Assembly: GCF_009914755.1 (NCBI RefSeq)
Contig: NC_060930.1
Reading direction: 5' to 3' (one strand)
Length of the DNA: 64,000 bases
Source: the human T2T-CHM13v2.0 reference genome, Homo sapiens
The notes beneath the pieces are model-generated. The model was not told the DNA's origin, searched no databases, and saw only the letters and a program-made list of their open reading frames with translations. Position numbers and translations under genes: made by a program. Below are positions 43,077-57,695 of this stretch, one piece after another. Position 1 is the first letter of the stretch, and each line of letters begins with the position of its first letter.

Positions 43077-44954
43077 GGGTTCTCTGTATATTCACTCTCA
43101 GTTGTGGTGGGTCAACTACAGTTATGGACAGTACAATCCTTTTTGATAACTCAATAATAAGACAATAGAAGTCGTCTTCAGCTAAATGTTCCTTAAGAGA
43201 GAATCTGACACTAGAGGAAGACTATTTTGGAAGGAGGCTGGTTTCAGCTCAGGTTCAGACATGAGGTAGACAGGCAAGAGTGGAAGAAAGAGCAAGTGAT
43301 ACACAAGTTACTCTGATAAAAAAAAAAGAAGGGTAGAAATAATGCTGCAATAGGGTGGTGAATATATTCACCTATAGGAAATTTCATGTCATCTGTCTTA
43401 CGGCAACCATGTTTTAAAGAAAGACTTTAAGAAATTTAATTAGCTTAAGGCAGGTGCTAGAAAATTAAAATTTAATCAGGTGAAGGGATAATGAGGAGTA
43501 AAGTAATGAGGTAAAAATGACGTTGATGAAAGATGCCTCAATTCTAGCACTTATAACTTAATAGAGAGGAATAAAGGCTAAAGGCAGGACATATGCAATT
43601 TAAATATTCCAATAAGAAAGAAAGTGGCTACAGTGAAAATGAATGTAGAAATGAAAAGTAATACCAAAAGATAGCTAGGAAACAGAGTACAGAAGAAGCA
43701 GTTACCATGAAACACTTTTCTATAAAACTCTGAACACGTGATACAGGCACCCAGAACTGCTAAGCATGCACATGCCTCACTAACTAATGCTGTGCAAACT
43801 GGTTCTGGAATAGTGACCTGGCACAGAGAATACTACAGTCAGAGTCTTGAGAAATAACATGTCATTAATTTTTGTCTCTGGCTACATAAACATATAGTAG
43901 TAAGTTTAGTAAGAAATAACATTCTAATGGGAAGTTTTATTTGAATTTTAAATTAAGTTTAGGTCTTAAATATTTTTCCCAACTAGTCATGTCACAAAAG
44001 GAAAGCACACTGAGGCAGATCTCAATTCATATCCTATCTCTTCTTAATAGCGCTGTGGCTCTCACGAAATCATCGAGGTTTATTAAACCTATTTTACCAT
44101 CTATATAATAAAAATGACTTTAATCTCCAAGTCGTAAGTATTAAGGTATATATAAAAAAGCTCTTTGTAAACTGTAAAGTACCATTAGTGAAATATATAA
44201 CAACCATCATTACTAAATGCCTACATGATGGTATTTAGATGTCTGGGATTTGACAGATCTGGAACCTGAGTTCAAGGCCTGACTGAGTCTTACTAGTTGC
44301 ATGTGCTTGAGCACATCCCCTCTTCAGTAAAATGTGTAGAGAAATCAAACCAAAGTGTCATAAGAATTAGATTTTTTAAAAGATGCAAAACATTACTGTA
44401 GTATGTGGTACATAGTAAGAAGTACTAATAACTAATTTTTATCATCATGTGCTAGAACATGGCTTGGTACTCAACACTTTATCTGACTTAATCCTCGAAG
44501 GAACATTTTAAGTTGAATCATATCTTTTGTCAGATGAGGAGCCTAAGGCATAGCTTTTGAGGCCCAAAGTAATACAGTTAATAGGCAAAGAGCTCAGTGT
44601 AAGGCCAAGGTCTGTCAGATACTTTGCTTTTTCTACTCTGCAATTCTGTCTGTCATATATTACTATTAGCAAGCTGAATACTTAATTGTGGAAGAAACAA
44701 ACAAAACAAAACATAAATCATTTTCTCAAAGAAGAAAACTATCTACGAGAGAATACATACTTTCAACTAGTTGAGGCTTCCTGAAGAGCACACCTATTAA
44801 ATTGTCTCATGAAGAGACAGCTCAAGAACAAAAACAGTGTTTCTATTATGGCTTATATGAAGTAGCAATGTCTTAAATCAATTCAATAAGCTATATCTCA
44901 TTTCAAGAGCTACCAGGTATGTTACTCTTTGAACCATGACTTCAAGAATGATTA

Positions 44955-45317
<363 letters not shown>

Positions 45318-45351
45318 TCATTGCTCTACAATATAGGTCACACTGGACTAC

Positions 45352-46899
45352 TGAGAGGTGACAGCGTGCTGGCAGTCCTCAGAGCCCTCGCTTGCTCTCG
45401 GCGCCTCCTCTGCCTGGGTTCCCACTCTGGTGGCACTTGAGGAGCCCTTCGGCCTGCCGCTGCACTGCGGGAGCCCCTTTCTGGACTGGCCAAGGCCAGA
45501 GCCGGCTCCCTCAACTTGCAGGGAGGTGTGGAGGGAGAGGCACAAGCAGGAATTGAGGCTGCACGCAGCACTTGCGGGCCAGCTGGAGTTCTGGGTGGGT
45601 GTGGGCTTGGCGGGCCCCACACTCAGAGCGGCCGGCCGGCCCTGCGGGCCCCGGGCAGTGAGGGGCTTAGCACCCGGGCCAGCGGCTGCGGAGGGTGTAC
45701 TGGGTCCCCCAGCAGTGCCAGCCCACCGATGCTGCACTCGATTTTTTGCCGGGCCTTAGCTGCCTTCCCACGGGGCAGGCCTCGGGACTGCAGCCCGCCA
45801 TGCCTGAGCCTTCCCCCGCCTCCGTGGGTTCCTGTGCAACCCGAGCCTCCCCCGACGAATGCTGCCCCCTGCTCCACGGCGCCCAGTCCCATCGACTGCC
45901 CAAGGGCTGAGGAGTGCGAGCACATGGCACGGAACTGGCAGGCAGCTCCACCTGCAGCCCCGGTGCGGGATCCACTAGGTGAAGCCAGCTGGGCTCCTGA
46001 GTCTGGTGGGGACCTGGAGAGTCTTTATGTCTAGCTCAGGGATTGTAAATACACCAATCAGCACCCTGTGTTTAGCTCAAGGTTTGTGAGTGCACCAATC
46101 GACACTCTGTATCTAGCTGCTCTGGTGGGGCCTTGGAGAACCTTTATGTCTAGCTCAGGGATTGTAAATAGACCAATCGACACTCTGTATCTAGCTCAAG
46201 GTTTGTAAACACACCAATCAGCACCCTGTGTTTAGCTCAAGGTTTGTGAGTGCACCAATTGACACTCTGTATCTAGCTGCTCTGGTGGGGCCTTGGAGAA
46301 CCTGTGTGTGAAACTCTGTAACTAACTAATCTGATGGGAATGTGGAGAACCTTTGTATCTAGCTCAGGGATTGTAAATGCACCAATCAGCGCCCTGACAA
46401 AACAGGCCACTCAGCTCTACCAATCAGCAGGATGTGGGTGGGGCCAGATAAGAGAATAAAAGCAGGCTGCCCGAGCCAGCATTGACAACCCGCTCGGGTC
46501 CCCTTCCACACTGTGGAAGCTTTGTTCTTTCACTCTTTGCAATAAATCTTGCTACTGCTCACTCTTTGGGTCCACGCTGCTTTTATGAGCTGTAACACTC
46601 ACCACGAAGATCTGCAGCTTCACTCCTGAGCCTAGCAAGACCACGAGCCCACTGGGAGGAACGAACAACTCCAGACGCGCTACCTTAAGAGCTGTAACAC
46701 TCACCGCGAAGGTCTGCAGCTTCACTCCTGAGCCAGTGAGACCACCAACCCACCAGAAGGAAGAAACTCCGAACATATCTGAACATCAGAAGGGGCAGAC
46801 TCCAGACGCGCCACCTTAAGAGCTGTAACACTCACCGCGGGGGTCCGTGGGTTTATTCTTGAAGTCAGTGAGACCAAGAACCCACCAATTCCGGACACA
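45352..46899 (+). mobile_element. LTR12C (HERV9/ERV9) full-length solo LTR, 1548 bp, TSD ctac
   Basis: Starts tgagaggtgacagcgtgctggcagtcc, ends cccaccaattccggacaca; ctac at 45348-45351 and 46900-46903; CpG-rich 5' U3 and tandem CCAAT repeats. Confidence 0.97.
46025..46546 (+). promoter_or_regulatory. LTR12 enhancer/promoter: seven CCAAT (NF-Y) boxes, GC-box-like ggtggggcc, GATA site, AATAAAA TATA-like element, downstream AATAAA
   Basis: CCAAT at 46054, 46095, 46173, 46214, 46255, 46382, 46420; agataagagaataaaagc at about 46446-46463; aataaa at 46541. Confidence 0.75.
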
Positions 46900-46955
46900 C
46901 TACTACAGAAATATCATCAATTTACAATGCAATGATAAATTAAATTTTTACTCAC

Positions 46956-47153
46956 CATTTGCAGTTTTTTCTTATCCCTAATTGCATTACTGTGGACAGC
47001 TTCAATTGCCATATGGTGCTTCCAAGCTAATTCTTCCAAAGTCTTAGAATGGGCCTCGTTTAATTGAGTCACCTCCTCTTCCAATCTACTTTGCAGGTTT
47101 TTAAGTTCCCTTTCATAATATTCTTGCTGAGTTCTCTTTGCTTCATTTACTTT
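46956..47153 (-). CDS. FAM184A: FAM184A exon 5 (198 nt, phase 0-0): KVNEAKRTQQEYYERELK...IRDKKKLQM
   Basis: Acceptor aattttag|, donor ATG|gtgagt; open frame read manually. Confidence 0.93.
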
Positions 47154-47425
47154 CTAAAATTAAAACAAAGATCAATAATCGGCACCTGCTTTTTTCATTA
47201 CTGTTATTAGGGTAATTTGAATACCCTATAAATATGGAAGCTTGAATAAACTGAGTGCTACGGGATCTAGACTATGAAACATGACAACAAATCATTAGTG
47301 TTCTCAGAAAGTGAAAGGGGAGCCTATACAAAATCAAAAATGTTAAAGCAAGAGATAAAATAGACTATTATCATATTAGACCAAATGTGAGTTAATACAT
47401 CTGCAAGCTTAAGAGTAAAGGGCTG

Positions 47426-47771
<346 letters not shown>

Positions 47772-47909
47772 TTAACCCACTCAAAGGATATCACTCAATA
47801 CAATTTTGAATGCCAATTACGTACCTTTTGGGCATTCACAGTTCTAATAATGAAAAAAATACAAAGACTATGGCAATATAGTTTTATAAGTTCTATGAAA
47901 AAGGGATGT

Positions 47910-48328
47910 TGACACAGGTTTGGATTTTTTTGTCTCCACCAGATCTCATGTTGAAATGTGACCTCCAATGTTGGAGATGTGACTAGTGGGAGGTGTCTGG
48001 ATCATGGGGGTAAATCCCATATGAATAGCTTGGTGCTGTCCTTGCAATAATGAGTGAGCTCTCACTCTATGAGTTTATGTGAGATCTGGTTGTTTAAAGG
48101 AGCCTGGCACCTCCTTCCTCTCTCTCGCTCTCTCTCTTGTCCTGTGACATGCTGGCTCCCCTCCTCCTTCCAGCATGATTGTAAGCTTCCTGAGGCCTCA
48201 CCAGAAACAGATGCCAGTACTACATTTCATGCACGGACCGCAGAACTGCAAGCCAAATATCCGTCTTCTCTTCATAAATTACCCAGTCTCAGGTATTCCC
48301 TTACAGCAATGCAAAATGAACTAATGCA
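47910..48328 (+). mobile_element. MSTB-type MaLR solo LTR
   Basis: atctcatgttgaaatgtgacctccaatgttggag...aaattacccagtctcaggtattcc...aactaatgca. Confidence 0.85.
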
Positions 48329-50186
48329 GATGTATATCCCGTGTTATGGGAGTATATTAGAAGGATGCCTAACTTGGACGCGGTGAGAAAGTGCATGTGC
48401 GTGTGCATGTGTGTGTGTGTTTCAGAGAGAGAGAGACAAAGACAGAGACAGAGAGATATCAGGGAAGGCTTTTCAGAAGAGAAAGCATCTGAGCTGGTGA
48501 TGACATTCTCTCATTTAATTCTTACAACAACCCCAGAGGAAATTAATGATAAGAAAATGTCAAGCCTAGGTCTGTTGTCAAAAGCCTACATTCATAACTG
48601 TTTCTATTGTTGTGCAGCATTGGAAAGATGGCAAGTAGCTAACCAGATGGGAAAGTTTAGGGAGACAGAAAGTCTGTGCAGCTAAGCAGTCTGGATAGAA
48701 TACAGGATACAAGGTGATAAAGTGGTGAAAGACGGGGCTCAGAAGTAGGCAGGAATAAAATAATGAGATGGGGTCTTTTACACCAAGAACTTTGAATTTT
48801 CTTCTGAAGGGACTGAGAAATCACTGAAGTTTTAAGCAAATTATATACTTTTAAAAACAATCATCTTGGAAGCAGGCTGGTGAGCCAACTGAAATCAGAG
48901 ATTGCTGCTAGGCAGTTGTGACTATAATCCAGGCAAGCAATGACACGTGCCTAAACCTCGGATCTATAAATGGGTATGAGCAGGGGAGGATGGAATAAAA
49001 ATATATTAAGGAAGTAGAACCAACAGGACTCTGTAACAGATAAAGGGGCTGAGAAAACAGTAATCAAGAATGACTTTCAGCTTTTTGATTTAGCAACTAG
49101 ATAGACAGTGGTGCTATTGGTTGAAATAAGGAGTAAAAGAAACTTAGTACTTTTGAGGGGAGAAAGTTCTGGGCATGGTAACTTGATGTTTGTGAAAAAC
49201 ATAAATGGAGATATCTAGTGGAAAGGATAAAAGACTTAAATTCAGAGAAAATGTCTGGCCTGGACCTAAAGATTTAGAAGCTATCACTGAATAAGTGACA
49301 GTTGATGTTACTGGAATGAATGAGTGCGTAGAATTAGATGAAAATACTGGAAACATCAATGGTAAGGGAACAGATGGAGGAGGGAAGTTCACAAAGAAGA
49401 CTGTAAGGCCAAGGAGGTACGAGAAAAATGTGAAAGAATGTGAAATACCAAGAGATGAGAGATTGTAAATCAGTGGGTAGTAAGTACCACAGTAAGATAT
49501 GATCCACCAAGTCCACCAATCAGGATGGCACTGAGGGCTGAGGCAAAAGCAAATTCTGTGGACTGATGGTCAGAGAGGACTGCACCAGGTTAAGGAATGA
49601 ATGGAAGTAAGTAAAGAGCAAAGAGAATAGACATTTTCAAAATACTTAGACGTTGAGGGAAAGAGAAAGAAAAGTATGTCCAAAACTCCCACTTGGTATT
49701 GTGGGCATCTGAAAAACTGGAATACATATTCAGCAATTACTCTATAAATGATGTTTCACTTGTTAAACTAGAAATTCAATTATCTTGGTATACATTTTCA
49801 GAGCTTGAAGCTTGTCATATTTTCAGTTCTACAGAAATTTCCTACATGGATATGCAGTAATATATTTCATTAATAGAAAACGAATAATGATTATAAGTAT
49901 ACACTCCACTGAAATAAGAGTTTACTCAATTTCTGGCTTGAAATAGGTTGAAATGTCTTAAAGTTTTTATATTATATAGATCGTTACCCACATATTTTGA
50001 ACATACATACAGCATAGGATAGTCTAGCTATATACCCATTTCCTCAAAATTAGAACCAAAAATAACTACTAAAGTAGGAAATGTATTGTTACTGGGGAGT
50101 AGCAAGAAATACTCCAAATACTTCAAATGTGAAAAAGAGAAAAACGGAACTCTTTCGGGGGGAATGGAGTGTCCATTACTTTTTAC

Positions 50187-50368
50187 CTTCTCCAGTTCTA
50201 GAATCTGTTGCTTCTGCTCTTCATCCAGACTTTGGGTTTTGCTTCGCAAAAAAGCTCTTTCCTCTTCAAGTTGAGATAATCTCTCATTGACTCTCGATTT
50301 TTCTGATTCTAAATCTTTAATTGTAACTTCCTGGGTCATTTGAGTTGCTTGAAGCATTCCAATATGAC
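50187..50368 (-). CDS. FAM184A: FAM184A exon 4 (182 nt, phase 1-0): (S)HIGMLQATQMTQ...QQILELEK
   Basis: Within ORF 50028-50396; acceptor ...gggggatag|, donor AAG|gtaaaa. Confidence 0.93.
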
Positions 50369-51237
50369 CTATCCCCCAAAAAGAAAATCCCTTCAATTTA
50401 AAAATCAGTTGTACTATGAGATAAACAGTTTACATTTAATAACACAACTGTACTTTATACTTAAGTAAAATAAATGGTCTACATGTACAAATTTTCCTTT
50501 TGTTTCTTCACTACATAAAATGGAAATATTTACATGAAAATACTTCTTAGCGCACTAGAATAATTTAAATTAAAACGTCATTTTCACATGATTAATGTTG
50601 CTTCCTGCACCTCGTACCGTTTTACTGTTTTTTTTTGTTTTTGTTTTTGTTTTTTTAAGATTGCAAGCTAAACAGGTTGAAGTAGGCGCAACTCCTCAGT
50701 AGGCTTCATAAGAAAGTCTCCTGGGAATAAAAGAAGGACGGAGAGGATGCACTGACTGACACTGTGGCGCCAAAATGAGTGATTCGTTCTTTTCTAATTT
50801 ATTTTCAAATTCTAACATAAAAAGGAAGAAGTTTGTATGTAGGAAACAAAGATGGCAGATAGCAGTTTGGTTGAAATTGAATTTGTTTCAGGCAAGAGGC
50901 CAGATAAAGACCTAAAGTGGAGCTTGTAGTTCCAGCTACTTGGGAGGTTGAGATGGGAGGATTGTTTGAGCCCAGGAGTTCAAGGTTGCAGTGAGCTATG
51001 ACTGCACCTGTAACAGCCACTGCACTATGTCCTGCAACATAGCGAGACCTCATCTCCAAATAAAAACAACCAACCAACCAACAACTAAGGTGATGTAAGA
51101 CACAGATAAAGACAGCAAGGTTATGAAAGAATCTCTTAAATGACAGCAAAAAGCAGGGAAGGTGGAGAAAAATGAGGAGAGACAGAGAGATGAAAAGTGA
51201 GTGAAGAAAAAGGTCTCATAGAAAGGATAGTTTAAGG

Positions 51238-51420
51238 CAGAGGTTCTCAAAGTACCCAGGACCAGCATCACCAGCATTACCTGGGAACTCTGGTTAGAAA
51301 TGTGACCCACCCCAGACCTAAAAGTGAATCAGAAACTCTGAGGGTGGGGCCCAGCATCTGTAGTTTCACAAACCCTTCAGGTCACTCCAATGTGCACTAA
51401 AGGCTATTAAAAACAACTAT
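51238..51420 (+). mobile_element. MER5A
   Basis: cagaggttctcaaagt...gaatcagaaactctgagggtggggcccagca. Confidence 0.8.
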
Positions 51421-51723
51421 TTTAGAGGAAGGAAAATCTGAGATTCACTGATAAGCCAATCAAAATCAAATGAGATCCTCAAAGAACCAGCTCAAACAGC
51501 CTTCCTGGGCACACTAAACACTTAGACAAAATATAACTTCAGAACTGACACAAGTCACCCACTTCCTCCAGTAATGGTTGTGAAAAAGCATACCAGCCAC
51601 TTGAGAAATAGGCAAGTCAGCTTTAGTATGTAAAAATGAACCTTAGTAACAAGCCCTAAGAAATGAACTGCTGTAATTTACAAACTTCAACTAATTTGAG
51701 CACTTTAAAATGTGTATTTTTTC

Positions 51724-53118
<1,395 letters not shown>

Positions 53119-53153
53119 CTAAGCATTACATCAAAAACTGTGGTCACACATAC

Positions 53154-53289
53154 TAGCTTTGAGGACAAGATCTGAAGCTTGCTGTTGTAAACGTTCTCTG
53201 GCAGCTGCTAGCTCACTTTCCACTTCTTTGTGCTTGCTTAATAGGGCCATTTCTCCCTCCTTGGCATCATCAAGCTGTTTTTGAAGAAC
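53154..53289 (-). CDS. FAM184A: FAM184A exon 3 (136 nt, phase 0-1): VLQKQLDDAKEGEMALL...ASDLVLKA
   Basis: Acceptor tctttcttag|, donor A|gtatgt; continues the exon 2 frame. Confidence 0.93.
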
Positions 53290-53802
53290 CTAAGAAAGAT
53301 TAAATAGCCATTGTTAAAATGCAGGAATAATACTAAGCTAAATAATTCATTTAAATTATAAGGGTCAGCTTTCTCTTATTCAGAAGTCATACTAAACTAT
53401 ATACCAATTTTTAAATCTGTAAGTATTAGTGATTTATAACTTGATGTTTTCATAAACATGACCCAATCAGGAAAGGCTATTCCACACTTTCTAATCCATT
53501 CTAATGTTGCACAGATATTAAAAACATGGCTATGAAATTTTCTAAGCCAACAAAACAAAACTTGTGGACTTCTGGCATTTTTTTCCCCCAGACTTGTGCA
53601 ATACCCCTATTAAATTCAGGTTTAGAAAGCAAGCAATTTCTTGATCAAATTCTAAATATCAGCTAGCAGGCAAACCATTATTAGTGAAAGGAAAAGAAAA
53701 AAATGTATTTAAACTTTAAGCCCAATATTAAAATCCTTTTGTAAATAATTAGCAATATTGTCCCCCCCCCCGCCAGGAACAGCGTATTACCTCGCTAAGC
53801 TC

Positions 53803-53901
53803 ACTCACCCAGGCTGGTTTCTAACACCTGGCCTGAAGCGATCCTCCTGCCTGGGCCCCCCAAAGTGCTGGGATTACAGGTGTGTACCACTGTGCCTAGC
53901 C
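53803..53901 (-). mobile_element. Alu left-arm/FLAM fragment in intron 2
   Basis: cccaggctgg...cccaaagtgctgggattacagg. Confidence 0.8.
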
Positions 53902-54165
53902 AATAATTAGACAAGGTTTTAAGCTTGTCTTTTTGGGCCCCTAATATCTGAAAGTCTGAAATAACAACTACAGGGTAATACAAATTATCCTGTCATTGAT
54001 TTTTCTCACAAAGGAAAAGCAGGAAAAGTTAAAAAAAAAAAAAAAAAAAGTCTAAGTGGTGTGAAGCCACTGATTCTAAGTGGGCCAGACTGCTCTCCAG
54101 CCTACAAAACAAATATTTTTAAAAGAAAAAAAATCCATGTGTTGAATATAATATTCTTTACTTAC

Positions 54166-55020
54166 CTGAACATTGTTCTCTGCTATGGCAAGTGCCGTCT
54201 GAAGCTTTTGGCATTTGTCAAGAAGACTTCCAGCTTCATCCTGTACCATCTGTAACTCTGTCTTTAATTTTCCTATAGTTTTTCGTAAAATTGCTTCTTG
54301 TCCCTGAAATTCTTTTCTAAGATCAGCTTCCTTTTCTTTGCTGGCCTGTAGGCTTTCTGCTGTAAAAAGCTGTGACCTTTTCAAAGTATCAAGCTCACGT
54401 TCATAAAAGGACTGAGCTTTATTCAACTTGCCTTCATAATCCTCAATTAGTTTCTTCCGTTCAAGTCTTAGCTCCTCAAGCATTTTGTTTAGGGACTCCA
54501 CCTCCATTCTGTGTAGTTCCTCTGCCTTTTCCTGGCCTTTATTTACTGAGGCACTGTGATCCTGCTGTGACTTCAATAGCTCTTGTATCTCCCGTCTGTG
54601 AGCAGCTTGCAAGTCTTCCAATGCCAATCGTTTGTCTTTTTCAAACTGTACTTGAAGTTGTCCAAAGCTCCGTAATTTTTCTTCAAATTTCCTTCTAATC
54701 TCTTCGACTTCTCTAGACATGGTCACTATGCGTTGGACATGCTGGGCTTCTGCACAAAGTTGCATGTCCTCAACTCTGTGCTTATAAGCTTCAAATTCTG
54801 TCAAAGCCTGCTGCTTCATTTTTATGTGATCTTCTAATGATGATTCTAAAACTTGAATCTTTCTTCTAAGGTCTAGCTCCTCTGTTACTTTGCTTTTATA
54901 CTGCAATATTTTTTCTCTTGTTTCAGCAAGAATTTGTTGAATTTCTTCTTCATGAGCATCTTTGAGGGCTTGAATTGCAGATTCATGCTCATCATTTTTA
55001 GTGTTTAAAGCATATATTAC
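54166..55020 (-). CDS. FAM184A: FAM184A coding exon 2 (855 nt, phase 0-0): VIYALNTKNDEHESAIQALK...TALAIAENNVQ
   Basis: 316-aa E/K/Q/L-rich ORF 54076-55026 matches the FAM184A N-terminal region as I recall it; acceptor ...catgcag| (ct at 55021-55022), donor CAG|gtaagt (ac at 54164-54165). Confidence 0.95.
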
Positions 55021-56672
55021 CTGCATGGTTTTGAATAAGAAGGGAGAAGGACTGTGAATCCATATTATTTTCTAACTTGAAGTCAATTCTTTCATTTGGA
55101 TTGATATTTTTCTATGCACATAATATTGGCTACAGCTAATGTTAAATATGGAATCTTGATGCAATTGTTTTTTTACTCATAGATTGATTTGCTTAGCAAA
55201 TTTCTATCTTAGCACAGTCTTAAGATTTGTATTTAAAGACTTTTTAGTTATAATTTTAAAACATTCAAATTTAAGACTATTTTTTACTACAAATGAAACA
55301 GCAAAGAGGAAATGGACAAAGGAGGCAATTGGCCTAAGAGAAAGGAGTTCTCATATGTCCCAATCTAGCTTACCGGGGACTGTGAAGGGGTGTTCAGGAG
55401 AAAAAGTCTCATAGTAAGACTCTGCCCTATATTGGTGTCCTAGAGATACGAGAGGCTTCACATGAAGAGAAGCCCTAGGCCCTAAGTCTTCCCAAAAGCC
55501 TTTTATCTTTGTAATGGCCTGTTTAAATATTTCAAATTTTAAACTTTCCTTTCCCAATTCCCCTATAGTTTGCTTCTAAAGCTGATCCTCTTCTCTCTTC
55601 AAGTTTCTAGTGATCTCTTTATAAAATCCAATTTGTACTTTTTCTCTTCATATTTCAAATGCTGTAGTTTTACTCTTTGGCTAATTTTCTCTCTGCCTCC
55701 AAGCAACCCAATTCCTTAAGCCAGAGTTTTGAGTACAGGTCTTTATTTTCATTTTAGTTCCTAGGTTTTAATGATTTCACTGAGATGTCCCAACCTTAAT
55801 TTCAAATGACAACAAATTCCCTGCACAGTAACACTCTCCTTCCTTCCCTCTGTTCCTCGGATGCCATCCATCATGCCACTGTGGTCACACGGTGAAATTT
55901 TCATGACTGTTATTTAAGGCTTTGAGATGAGCCCACTTTCTTCCCCCGGAAGCGAAAAGAAGTAAACACTGTACAATCAAAAAATCCAGCAGCTAAAAAT
56001 CAGTGTCTGGAGATTTGCTCATTTTAATGTGATATTACTCTGGCTTTAGAAATGAATTCCAGCATCAGATACCAGAAACTGCAGTTATGATGGAAAACTG
56101 CTGCCATTTTTTGTAGAGAAATTATTCATGCAGCCTGAGGTAACTGTGGCAGACTGGCTGGCTCTCCAAATACCACAGTAACTCCAGATCCCACTCGCTA
56201 AAGATAGGCTGTCACTGTCTGGGACAGCAGTTGTGCTTGCAAAAGAAACAAGAAGGCTGCCTCAACACAGGGGCATCACTTTCTCCACATAGGGCTTTGT
56301 CTTCCAGATCCAGTGGCCCTGTCCATATACTCGCTTAGTCTGCCATCATACCAAAGGTAAAAAGATTGAGAGATGGCAGGAACCCATCTGTCTTGCCATG
56401 CTATCCCTTTTTGCAAAGTCTACAGGAAAAAATGTGAACAGAAGTACTTATTCACATTCTGTTTTTAAAAAACCCTAATTTCAAATTCCAAATTATGTTC
56501 CCAATAAGGTAACACAGATCCCAAGCAGGACTCCTTCATTTACACATTTACTCATAAAGGTAGCTTATAAGCCAAGAAAGCTGACTGACTTCCTATTCCC
56601 ATCCCCTTGGGTCATATCCGCCCACCAAGTCAAATGGCCATAAAAGACTGAAAGGATCTGTGATATAACAAG

Positions 56673-57602
56673 TGTACCAAAAATATAATTCTAAGCCCCC
56701 AACCGATTGAACGGACCCTCCTCTTAGCCAAGTGGACCCCAAAGAAACCTGAAAAAATAGTTTAGGCCATGACTGAAAGGGAGGGGTCAGACATGCCTCA
56801 TTATGGATTGGACATGCTGGGCTTTTCTGCACTCTATACTTCGGGATTTAGACACAACTGACCGACGTTAACATTAAAACAGAGATCATAAGACTGACAA
56901 AACAGACTCTTCATAGCAATAAAATACCAAATTCCAAACAACATCATGTGATACTATACCAAGAGTCAGGTTGGAGTTTGGTATTTTATTGCAAGCCCTG
57001 AAGAAAATCAAAGTATTTTACCCTAAAATTTTTTTGTTTGACATTCCATATTCTGAAATGCCCCTGTAAAGCTGCCTCCTGTAAAGTAAATTTGCATTCT
57101 GTAGAGAATCTCCTTCCCATACTCGGTCTTCTCCAGAGAGCATGACACCTTTTAAGGTCTGATAAGAGATATTTACCATCTATTCTCTCTGAAGCCTGCT
57201 ACCTGGAGGCCTCATCTACATGACAAGAACCTTGGCGTCCACAACCCCCTTATCTAACTAAACTCAAGCATTTCTTTATGCTGAATTCAACTCTTTAGTC
57301 AGGGCTTAACTCTTTCAACCAATTGCCAATCAGGAAATCTCTGAATCCACCTATGACCTAAAACCTCCCTCACGCCCACCTAGAGATGTCCCACTTTCCA
57401 GGCTGAACATTACACATACTGATTTATGTCTTTGCCTGTAACTTCTGTCTCCCTACAATGTATAAACCAAGTTGTAACCAAACCACCTTGCGCATATGTT
57501 CTCAAGATTCCCTGAGGCTGTGTCACAGACCATGGTCTTTAAGTTTGGCAAAATAAACCTCTAAATTGACTGAGACCTGTCTCACATACTTTTTGGTTTA
57601 CA
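56673..57602 (+). mobile_element. MER4D/E-type ERV1 solo LTR (TSD caag/taag)
   Basis: tgtaccaaaaatataattctaagccccc...aaataaacctctaaattgactgagacctgtctc...tttggtttaca. Confidence 0.85.
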
Positions 57603-57695
57603 TAAGAAATATATATTTGGTCTCTGCCCCCAGTTCCTGACACAGAGCTCCTAAGACTTTTGTAATTTCCTGTGCGATAGGATCATTGGACACAG

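Noticed and set aside
46025-46425. Regularly spaced ~40-bp repeats resembling a CRISPR array
   Set aside because: Normal LTR12 U3 tandem enhancer repeats; no unique spacers or cas genes, and the DNA is human.
54372-54698. 108-aa + strand ORF opposite exon 2 (also 4640-4834 and 50086-50274)
   Set aside because: Antisense shadows of real coding exons.
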